Below are positions 8,391-17,883 of a DNA stretch of 32,850 nucleotides, in pieces (position 1 is the first letter of the stretch; each line of letters opens with the position of its first letter). The position numbers were made by a program, and so were the translations under genes. The stretch is from contig JAOUOM010000001.1 in NCBI GenBank assembly GCA_029880385.1, positions 1-32,850 of the forward strand, read 5' to 3'. This DNA is from Cyclobacteriaceae bacterium (GTDB taxonomy: Bacteria > Bacteroidota > Bacteroidia > Cytophagales > Cyclobacteriaceae). Under the pieces are notes generated by a model. It made no database searches. It saw only the letters and a list, made by a program, of their open reading frames with translations, and was not told the DNA's origin.

Positions 8391-8404
8391 TTAGAATATT
8401 CTAA
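8391..8404. promoter_or_regulatory. Perfect 14-bp palindrome TTAGAATATTCTAA upstream of the 88-aa ORF
   Basis: Self-complementary as read. Its downstream end lies 31 nt before the ATG at 8436. A partial copy TTAGAT sits immediately upstream (8382-8387). Confidence 0.55.
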
Positions 8405-8435
8405 ATAAATTACTGTGTAATCACCCTTAAAAAAC

Positions 8436-8702
8436 ATGTCTATATCCGTAAAAGATTTTGTTCCCGCCAAGAAAAAAGGAAGTATGTTCAAGGCAGGTGC
8501 CGTTCAGAGTTTCACAGAAATCCATCAGGAAATGAACGACTGGATCGCTGAAGCCAACCCGGCAATTGTAACAATCGAAACCGTCGTGCTGCCTAACATC
8601 CATGATTCGGATGAAGAAGGGAGCATGGACACAGAACTGTGGACAGGTGGGGAATCCAGCTCCCAATGGTACCAGCTAATCCGCGTTTGGTACAATTCCT
8701 GA
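8436..8702 (+). CDS. Small acidic hypothetical protein (88 aa), no recognisable family
   Basis: The ORF has ordinary soluble-protein composition, with a predicted helix FTEIHQEMNDWIAEA and strands IVTIETVVL / WYQLIRVWY. The competing antisense ORFs (8427-8666, 8525-8746) are Cys/His/Phe-rich. It lies co-directionally between the helicase and the FAN1-like gene. Confidence 0.55.
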   Translation: MSISVKDFVPAKKKGSMFKAGAVQSFTEIHQEMNDWIAEANPAIVTIETVVLPNIHDSDEEGSMDTELWTGGESSSQWYQLIRVWYNS

Positions 8703-8746
8703 CCTGAAAAAAAGGAAAGTGGCAAATTATTCGTGAAGTTTGCCAC

Positions 8747-10399
8747 ATGGCAAAAGGAAGCAGCGATCGTGTGGTTTTACCGGAAAAATACTATCACACG
8801 TATTTCCTTGACATGATACGCCATATCAAAAGGTATTCACCCCATTTGCTTGACATACCGGACGAGGATTTTATGTCACATTTTTTATCGCTAAGCGAAG
8901 ATGCCCAATGCCTCTTTATCCGCCTATCCAACCGCAAAGGCCCTTTTTTTCGTGCCGACAAATTGGCTTATGCCGAAATAAATATACCCAAAGCCCTTGT
9001 GGAACTATTGCGTGAAGGCTTTGCCTCCGAAGATCCCGACGAAGACCCTGCCCTCTTATACCTCTTTACCAAGCAAGAACTGGCCATGCTGTATCCGGAA
9101 ATCCATATTCCCGGATCGGCTAAAAAAGAAGTCTGGATTGAACACCTATCCGAAACCCATTTTCTTGAACGACTGATAACCTCTTTTCACCTGGTGAAAA
9201 TCGAAAAACAGGACGAACTGGAATACCTGAAATTGCTCTTTTTTGGGCATTACAAAGGGCAGATGACTGATTTTGTGATCCGGGATGTTGGCCATGTGCG
9301 AATCGAGACCGTTGATGCCGCTCAGTTTACACCCTGGTTTCAAACACGCGGAGAAGCCATGGCGATGTACGACATCTGCCGACTGAGGGAGTTACTGAAC
9401 AAAGCACTCCAACTGCTCCCGGCCAATCAACTGACGGAATGGCTGCGACCGGTAGATTTTGACCGGTTTGGTCAATGGGAAAGCAGCCGGAAAATTTGTG
9501 ACAAATTACTATCACATATTGCCAGGCAACTGGAACGCGAAAACCAGCTGGAAGATGCCCTCTTTTTTTACCGAAAAGCCGTCGGTGCCCCGGCCCGGGA
9601 GCGACAGGTCAGACTTCTAAGCCAATTGGGGCGTTCAGCGGAAGCCATCGAACTCGCCAACACCCTCCTATCGGACTATCAAAATGCCAGTGAACGTATT
9701 TTTGCAACGGATTTTCTGGGACAGTCAGGCTCCCGAATCAAAAAAAGCACCACGCACAAGATAAAGAGGGCACAAGTACTTGAACTAACCAGGCGCGAAA
9801 GCCTGCGCGTGGAACAACAGGTACTGGCGTACTATCTCAACCTGGGCTATTCGGGTACTCACAGCGAAAACGCCATCTGGAACAACCTCTTTGGGTTGCT
9901 TTTTTGGGAAGAATTGTTTGATGCGTCGTATGATTCATTTCATTCCCCCCTCCAGCGAATGGCATCAGATGTCCGGCATCGTTCTTTTTTCCTTCAACGG
10001 GAGGCTGCCCTCAAGGAAAAAATAAAGAACTACGATACTGCCGACCTGCTCGCTGCCAAAATAACCAGCACATTTCATCAAAAAAACGGCATTCATCAAC
10101 CAATGGTCCAATGGCATCCGGAGGGACTGACCCACCTTCAGGCCCTGGTACGCCTGGTACCGTCAGAGGCCTTATTCGATATTCTACTGGAAATGGCCAA
10201 AAACCTAAAAGACAATGCCAGCGGATTTCCGGATCTGTTTGTCTGGAAAAAAAACAGCTACCAGTTTATCGAGGTGAAATCACCCAACGACCAATTGTCC
10301 GAACAGCAACTTTTCTGGATTGATTTTATGCAGGAACGCAAGATGAATACGAGCATTCTCCGGGTATCGTATAAGGAAAATCAAAACCCCGGAACATAA
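8747..10399 (+). CDS. FAN1-like structure-specific nuclease (SAP-like/TPR-like/VRR-NUC architecture)
   Basis: 550-aa ORF. The C-terminal PD-(D/E)xK/VRR-NUC motif GFPDLFVWKKNSYQFIEVKSPNDQLSEQQLFWIDFM parallels the FAN1 motif LPDLVVW...VEVKGPNDRLSxKQ. The N-terminal FLSLSEDAQCLFIRLSNRKGPFFRADKLAYAEI...LVELLREGF parallels the FAN1 SAP-region signature. Confidence 0.85.
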   Translation: MAKGSSDRVVLPEKYYHTYFLDMIRHIKRYSPHLLDIPDEDFMSHFLSLSEDAQCLFIRLSNRKGPFFRADKLAYAEINIPKALVELLREGFASEDPDEDPALLYLFTKQELAMLYPEIHIPGSAKKEVWIEHLSETHFLERLITSFHLVKIEKQDELEYLKLLFFGHYKGQMTDFVIRDVGHVRIETVDAAQFTPWFQTRGEAMAMYDICRLRELLNKALQLLPANQLTEWLRPVDFDRFGQWESSRKICDKLLSHIARQLERENQLEDALFFYRKAVGAPARERQVRLLSQLGRSAEAIELANTLLSDYQNASERIFATDFLGQSGSRIKKSTTHKIKRAQVLELTRRESLRVEQQVLAYYLNLGYSGTHSENAIWNNLFGLLFWEELFDASYDSFHSPLQRMASDVRHRSFFLQREAALKEKIKNYDTADLLAAKITSTFHQKNGIHQPMVQWHPEGLTHLQALVRLVPSEALFDILLEMAKNLKDNASGFPDLFVWKKNSYQFIEVKSPNDQLSEQQLFWIDFMQERKMNTSILRVSYKENQNPGT

Positions 10400-10424
10400 A
10401 AAAAGGGCACAAAGCCCTTTTTTC
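10398..10424. terminator. Bidirectional intrinsic terminator between convergent genes
   Basis: A-run, then GGGC-ACAAA-GCCC, then T-run (AAAAAAAGGGCACAAAGCCCTTTTTT). It lies between the stop at 10399 (+) and the stop at 10443 (-). Confidence 0.75.
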
Positions 10425-10442
10425 TAGTCTGTAGTTTGACGA

Positions 10443-11030
10443 TCATGTCGCCCATGTTTTCCCATTTCCGGCTTCTTCCAGTGGCAGGCAACCATCGTAT
10501 CGGGTTGGGATCGCCTGGTATTGCAATACCTGGGTCATGCCTACTTCCGTTGTGAAATAACCACTAACCACCAGCTCCTTTGCCCACATCAAAAACGGCT
10601 TTTCGGCACCTGGCGCAGTACCTGCCTGTTGTAGTTCTGCATGCAAAGTCTGTACATAAGCTTCCTGACTTGCTGCATCCAGCTCATGAAAAGCCTCTCC
10701 CTTATCTGTCTGGCAAGCCTGATCAAATGCATCCAGGGCCTCACGGAATTTTGCCCGCATTTCTTCACTGTATACCTGGCCTACCATATCATCGATGTAG
10801 GCAGGCACACCCAGCTCACTGGCAGAAGGTGTGTCGGTCCTGGGTATGATAATATCCGAAAGTATGGTTAACAAACGGGCCTGATTTTCATCAAAAAAGG
10901 CCGGTGACCAGGTGAGTCCCGGTTTGGCCGAACAACCATTCAGAATACCTGTAATGGTAGGCGCCATCAGGGTACCTCCCATGATAAAGGCCGTGCGCCG
11001 TAATGCTTCTCTTCTATTGATTTGATTCAT
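10443..11030 (-). CDS. Gluconate 2-dehydrogenase subunit 3-family small subunit with twin-arginine signal
   Basis: I use the internal start MNQINRREALRRTAFIMGG (ATG at 11030), 11 nt after the GMC stop, rather than the track start at 11129, which overlaps the upstream gene. It has a Tat motif RREALRR, a family signature FFDENQARLLTILSDIIIPRTDTPSASELGVPAYIDDMV, and a possible lipobox LNGC. Confidence 0.85.
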   Translation of the reverse strand: MNQINRREALRRTAFIMGGTLMAPTITGILNGCSAKPGLTWSPAFFDENQARLLTILSDIIIPRTDTPSASELGVPAYIDDMVGQVYSEEMRAKFREALDAFDQACQTDKGEAFHELDAASQEAYVQTLHAELQQAGTAPGAEKPFLMWAKELVVSGYFTTEVGMTQVLQYQAIPTRYDGCLPLEEAGNGKTWAT

Positions 11031-11041
11031 TTTCTTCTCAA

Positions 11042-12739
11042 TTAAAGGTTCCCTTTTTTCAATTCTTCCACTGCAAAACTGGCCGCACGAGCGGTGAGGG
11101 CCATATAGGTGAGCGATGGGTTTTGGCAAGCCGAAGAGGTCATGGCAGCACCATCAGTCACAAATACGTTTTGCACCTCATGTACCTGGTTCCATTTATT
11201 GAGCACTGACGTTTTGGGATCCCGGCCCATACGTGCCGTTCCCATTTCGTGAATACCCAAACCTGGTGCCACGTCATTATCGTAGGTACGAACATTTTTC
11301 AGTCCGGCAGATTCCAGCATTTCGGCTGCCTGCTGCGCCATGTCCTTACGCATGTTCCGTTCGTTTTCCTTAAACTCACAATCAATCGTAAATGTCGGCA
11401 ACCCGTGTTTGTCCAGCTTGTCACGATCGAGCGTCACTTTGTTATCATGATACGGCAGGTGCTCACCAAATCCGCCGATGCCCATTCTCCATCCGCCTGG
11501 CTGGCTGATCTCCTCTTTGAGGGCTGCCCCAATGGATAGCTCGGCAATATTCTGTGACCATGACTCACGACTGGCACCTCCCTGATAGCCATAGCCCCGG
11601 ATAAAGTCAGGGTGCTTTTCGGTGATATTCCGGAAACGCGGGATATAGATCCCGTTTGGCCGCCTGCCATAGTAGTATTTATCATCAAATCCTTCCATCT
11701 CGCCATAAGCACCTACTCCCAGGTGATGGTCCATCAGGTTGCGTCCCAGTTCACCCGAAGCATTGCCCATACCATCACTAAAATGCTCTGTAGAATTCAT
11801 CAGAATCCAGGTCGAGCCCAGTGCCGAAGCATTCAAAAAGACAATTTTCGCAAAAAACTCCTGGTATTCACCGGTCTCTGCGTCCATGATCCGAACGCCC
11901 TTTGCCTTCCGTGTCTCGGGGTTATACAATACTTCCGTCACAATTGAATTTGGCCTCAGCGTCATATTGCCGGTAGCCACCGCTGCCGGGAGAGTCGATG
12001 ACTGGGAACTAAAATAGGCTCCAAAAGGACAGCCCCTGATACACATGTTTCGGAAGTTACATTTCGAACGTCCATTGTGGTTTTGAGTCAGGTTGGCACT
12101 TCGGCCAATGGTCATGATCCGGTCGCTATAGTTGCTTCGTATCTTTCCACTTACGTGTTGCTCCACACAGTTCATTTCCATTGGAGGCAGAAACTTGCCA
12201 TCCGGCAATTGCGCCAATCCTTCTGCCTGCCCATTTACCCCTATGAATGACTCCACATAATCGTACCAGGGTGCCAGGTCTTCGTAACGAATCGGCCAGT
12301 CTACGGCAATCCCGTCTTTGAGGTTAGCTTCAAAATCCATTGGGCTCCATCGATAGGACTGGCGGCCCCAGGTAAGTGAGCGACCTCCGACATGGTAGCC
12401 ACGCATCCAGTCAAAACGCTTGGTTTCCTGGTACGGATGTTCGGTGTCCTTAACCCACCAATGCTTGGTCGACTGCCTGACCGTATAGCCCGTACGACTT
12501 TGTTTTTCATAATCCTTGAGTTCTTCTGCTGTTAGGCGGTCACCGTGGGGCAATTCCCATGGGTGCTTTTCCATGGTAGGATAATCCTTGATATGTTCTA
12601 CCATACGGCCCCTCTCCAGCACAAGTGTCTTCAGGCCCTTTTCCGTCAATTCTTTGGCAGCCCAACCCCCACTGATACCGGTTCCAACTACAATGGCATC
12701 GAAGGTGTTTTGCTGCTCCGCTTTTATATTTAAATTCAT
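11042..12739 (-). CDS. GMC-family FAD-dependent oxidoreductase (large catalytic subunit, no own signal peptide)
   Basis: 565-aa ORF. The N-terminal Rossmann motif is DAIVVGTGISGGWAAKEL. The C-terminal GMC motif is GIHEMGTARMG...VFVTDGAAMTSSACQNPSLT. Confidence 0.9.
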   Translation of the reverse strand: MNLNIKAEQQNTFDAIVVGTGISGGWAAKELTEKGLKTLVLERGRMVEHIKDYPTMEKHPWELPHGDRLTAEELKDYEKQSRTGYTVRQSTKHWWVKDTEHPYQETKRFDWMRGYHVGGRSLTWGRQSYRWSPMDFEANLKDGIAVDWPIRYEDLAPWYDYVESFIGVNGQAEGLAQLPDGKFLPPMEMNCVEQHVSGKIRSNYSDRIMTIGRSANLTQNHNGRSKCNFRNMCIRGCPFGAYFSSQSSTLPAAVATGNMTLRPNSIVTEVLYNPETRKAKGVRIMDAETGEYQEFFAKIVFLNASALGSTWILMNSTEHFSDGMGNASGELGRNLMDHHLGVGAYGEMEGFDDKYYYGRRPNGIYIPRFRNITEKHPDFIRGYGYQGGASRESWSQNIAELSIGAALKEEISQPGGWRMGIGGFGEHLPYHDNKVTLDRDKLDKHGLPTFTIDCEFKENERNMRKDMAQQAAEMLESAGLKNVRTYDNDVAPGLGIHEMGTARMGRDPKTSVLNKWNQVHEVQNVFVTDGAAMTSSACQNPSLTYMALTARAASFAVEELKKGNL

Positions 12740-12889
12740 ATAACAGAGTGTGAAATACTAAAACCGGCAAGCTAGCCAAATCATATAAACTGCAAATGTC
12801 ATTATTACACAATCGGTTTTATTATCCATTGAATAAACCATATTTTGCCCATCGGAAATAAAGTTGAAATAATAAAAGAACCCGATCGT

Positions 12890-13756
12890 ATGAAAATGAC
12901 ACGCAAACAGGCTTTAAAAAGTATGGCAGGAATATCGGCACTGGGAATGGTGGAAATGGCAGGTATGCCCGCAGGCCTTTCACCTAAAACAACCAAAGGA
13001 ACTATCAAGCATTCAGTCTGTCGCTGGTGTTACAATGGCAAATCTCTCGAAGAACTCTGTGAAGCCGCCAAGGATATCGGCATCCAGAGCATCGAATTGC
13101 TCAATCCCGACGAATGGCCGATCGTACAAAAATATGGCCTTACCTGCGCCATGACCAATGCTACGTCCTTCGGTATCCCCAGGGGGTTCAATGACCCACA
13201 ATACCACGCCCAGCTACAAAAAGACTACCGCGAACTGATACCAAAAGCAGCTGATGCAGGCCTCAAAAATGTAATCTGTTTCTCCGGAAACCGAAATGGC
13301 ATAAGTGATGAAAAAGGACTGGAAAACTGTGCTGTCGGACTCGAACCATTGGTGAAACTGGCCGAAAAACAGGGCGTCACACTCTGCATGGAACTCCTCA
13401 ATTCCAAGGTAAACCATCCGGACTATATGTGTGACCATACCGAATGGGGAGTGTCGCTGGCAAAAAAACTGGGCAGCCCAAACTTCAAATTACTCTACGA
13501 TATCTATCATATGCAAATCATGGAAGGTGACGTAATCGCCACTATTCGCAAGCACAAAGATTACATAGGCCACTACCATACCGGAGGTGTTCCCGGCCGA
13601 AACGAAATCGACGAAACCCAGGAACTGTACTATCCGGCTATTGTAAAGGCAATCATTGAGACCGGATTTGACGGCTTTATCGCCCAGGAATTTATTCCCA
13701 AAAATGACGATGCCTTCGCCTCCCTTCGCAGAGGAGTGGAAATCTGTGATGTGTAA
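12890..13756 (+). CDS. Xylose-isomerase-like TIM-barrel protein (sugar phosphate isomerase/epimerase or hydroxypyruvate isomerase family) with an N-terminal export-like signal
   Basis: The ORF runs 12845-13756. I prefer the start MKMTRKQALKSMAGISALGMV (ATG 12890), which gives a Tat-like n-region (T-R-K-x-A-L-K) plus an h-region. The body (IELLNPDEW, VTLCMELLN, YDIYHMQIMEGD, HYHTGG, IAQEF) fits the AP_endonuc_2/TIM-barrel family. Confidence 0.8.
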   Translation: MKMTRKQALKSMAGISALGMVEMAGMPAGLSPKTTKGTIKHSVCRWCYNGKSLEELCEAAKDIGIQSIELLNPDEWPIVQKYGLTCAMTNATSFGIPRGFNDPQYHAQLQKDYRELIPKAADAGLKNVICFSGNRNGISDEKGLENCAVGLEPLVKLAEKQGVTLCMELLNSKVNHPDYMCDHTEWGVSLAKKLGSPNFKLLYDIYHMQIMEGDVIATIRKHKDYIGHYHTGGVPGRNEIDETQELYYPAIVKAIIETGFDGFIAQEFIPKNDDAFASLRRGVEICDV

Positions 13757-13782
13757 ACCACACCAAAATCTGTTATACAAAA

Positions 13783-13810
13783 AGCCGTGCACGAAATGCA
13801 GGGCTTTTTT
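13783..13810 (+). terminator. Intrinsic terminator after the TIM-barrel gene
   Basis: AGCCGTGCA-CGAAA-TGCAGGGCT (8 bp, 1 mismatch) followed by TTTTTT. Confidence 0.7.
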
Positions 13811-13910
13811 ATTTACAGACCAACGTGCGTGGTAGCCCGCAACAAAGCATAAACACCGACCATAAATCCGTGGCACCCGAAGATTGCCATCACAATCAAA
13901 AACCAACCAT

Positions 13911-13949
13911 AAAAAAAAGCACCGCATTCCCCCGTGGGTATACGATGCT
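13911..13949 (-). terminator. Strong intrinsic terminator after icd
   Basis: The minus-strand RNA is AGCAUCGUAUACCC-ACGG-GGGAAUGCGGUGCU, a 14-position stem with one mismatch and some G-U pairs. A U8 run follows, and the hairpin starts 20 nt after the icd stop. Confidence 0.8.
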
Positions 13950-13969
13950 TTTTCGTCATGTAGTCTGAA

Positions 13970-16225
<2,256 letters not shown>

Positions 16226-16283
16226 CTAAACCCCCTACCGGATTGCCTGGCAGTGGATTACTATTTAAAATAAAATTCTTGTA

Positions 16284-17102
16284 TTAATAACTCTCTTCTT
16301 CGCTGGGGAATTCCCCTCCCTTCACATCTTTTATATAATGCTCCACGGCATCTCCAATTACCTTGTTGAGATCGGCATATTGGCGGAGAAACCTTGGCTT
16401 GAAGTCCTGGGTAATTCCAAGCATGTCATGCATCACCAGGACTTGTCCGTCGGTACGGTTTCCTGCCCCAATGCCAATGGTAGGAATGCGGATGAGATTG
16501 GAAACATTTGCTGCCAACGACGATGGTATTTTTTCCAATACGATGGAAAAACAACCGATTTCTTCCAGCAACAGGGCATCTGATTTGAGCTTCTCAGCTT
16601 CTTCCTTTTCTTTGGCCCGAACCGTATACGTACCGAATTTATAAATGGATTGGGGTGTCAATCCGAGGTGGCCCATTACAGGAATCCCGGCGCGCAGCAC
16701 ACGCTCAATACTCTCTTTTACTTCCAATCCCCCTTCCATTTTGACAGCATGGGCACCGGATTCCTTCATGATGCGGATACTTGAGCGGAGTGCTTCAGAC
16801 GAATTGCCCTGATAACTGCCAAACGGGACATCCACTACCACCAGTGCACGGCTCACGGCCCTTACAACTGCCTGGGCATGCCAGATCATGTGGTCAAGTG
16901 TAATGGGGAGTGTCGTTTCATTTCCGGCCATTACATTAGAAGCTGAATCTCCAACCAACAAAATATCAATACCGGCACCATCAATGATTTTTGCCATTGA
17001 GTAATCATAGGCCGTAAGCATTGAAATTTTTTCACCCGTTGCCTTCATCTCCTGAAGCCGGTGGGTGGTGATCCTCTTGAATTGATTTTTTGCTGTACTC
17101 AT
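16284..17102 (-). CDS. panB: 3-methyl-2-oxobutanoate hydroxymethyltransferase
   Basis: 272-aa ORF with [25 protein letters not shown] and AHAVKMEGG motifs typical of PanB. Confidence 0.93.
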   Translation of the reverse strand: MSTAKNQFKRITTHRLQEMKATGEKISMLTAYDYSMAKIIDGAGIDILLVGDSASNVMAGNETTLPITLDHMIWHAQAVVRAVSRALVVVDVPFGSYQGNSSEALRSSIRIMKESGAHAVKMEGGLEVKESIERVLRAGIPVMGHLGLTPQSIYKFGTYTVRAKEKEEAEKLKSDALLLEEIGCFSIVLEKIPSSLAANVSNLIRIPTIGIGAGNRTDGQVLVMHDMLGITQDFKPRFLRQYADLNKVIGDAVEHYIKDVKGGEFPSEEESY

Positions 17103-17247
17103 CGTATGGAAAAGAGCGGAAAATTAATAAAATCTGGACGATTACACGTGGCCAGAGGCAGGATACAACCCATATGCGAAAAAAAGATTTGTCAGTGTTT
17201 TTTTCTGTGTTCCTTTCTTTATGCCCAAACAAAGCATGTGCAACCCC

Positions 17248-17808
17248 CTACATACCTTTCCATTTGATCCCACAGCCCATACTTGGGTACTGAACATCTG
17301 CCTGTTCCTTGCCATTAAGCAGGTTTTCGATGGCATGCCTGATGTCTTTTCCCGTCACCGGAATACCGTTAGTGGGCCTTGATTCGTCAAGCCGCCCCCT
17401 GTACACCAATATTCCATCCCCGTCGAACAAATAAAAATCAGGAGTGCAGGCTGCATGGTAGGCCTGGGCTACCTGCTGGTCTTCATCATACAAATACGGA
17501 AACTGAAATCCTACACGGGCCGCCTGCTGCGCCATAAAAAGGGGTGCATCATCCGGATATCGGGCCGTATCATTGGATGAAATCGCCACAAATCCAATTT
17601 GACGCCCCTGAAAATCCGCACAAATCCGCACAAGTTCGTCCTGCACATGGACGACATAGGGACAATGGTTGCAGATAAACATGACGAGCGTCCCGTTGCT
17701 GCCCGCCACACCTGCAAAATCAACCATGCGCTGTGTCGTAACATCCGGCAAGATAAAATCCGGTGCTTTTGTCCCCAATTCCAGCATATTTGAAGGTGTG
17801 AGTGCCAT
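17248..17808 (-). CDS. Thioredoxin-fold protein, AhpC/TSA (redoxin) family with a CxxC site
   Basis: The ORF runs 17248-17847, and the likely start is MALTPSNMLELGTKAPDF (ATG 17808). The active-site-like motif is FICNHCPYV. Confidence 0.8.
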   Translation of the reverse strand: MALTPSNMLELGTKAPDFILPDVTTQRMVDFAGVAGSNGTLVMFICNHCPYVVHVQDELVRICADFQGRQIGFVAISSNDTARYPDDAPLFMAQQAARVGFQFPYLYDEDQQVAQAYHAACTPDFYLFDGDGILVYRGRLDESRPTNGIPVTGKDIRHAIENLLNGKEQADVQYPSMGCGIKWKGM

Positions 17809-17883
17809 ACTTTGACTAATTTTCCAGTTTACATGCAAAAAGTGCACGTCTATTTTTTAGATGCAACAAAAACCGAATGAAAT

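Noticed and set aside
8391-8404. Interpreting TTAGAATATTCTAA as a LexA/Cheo-type SOS box
   Set aside because: It does not fit GAAC-N4-GTTC or CTGT-N8-ACAG spacing. Only a generic palindrome can be claimed.
11031-11129. N-terminal 33-aa extension of the small subunit (track start at 11129); similar extensions at 12845, 16225, 17847, 19424, 23307 and 23338
   Set aside because: The extensions overlap upstream genes or precede canonical N-termini or signal peptides ([50 protein letters not shown]...). The internal ATGs give family-typical starts.
13490-13927. 145-aa ORF on the minus strand
   Set aside because: It is antisense to the 3' end of the TIM-barrel gene and spans two terminators, with no motifs.
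13813-13959. 48-aa hydrophobic ORF (MTKKHRIPTGECGAFFYGWFLIVMAIFGCHGFMVGVYALLRATTHVGL) just downstream of icd
   Set aside because: Its first third coincides with a 14-position hairpin plus U8, a strong intrinsic terminator of icd, so little transcription should enter it. It is probably fortuitous.
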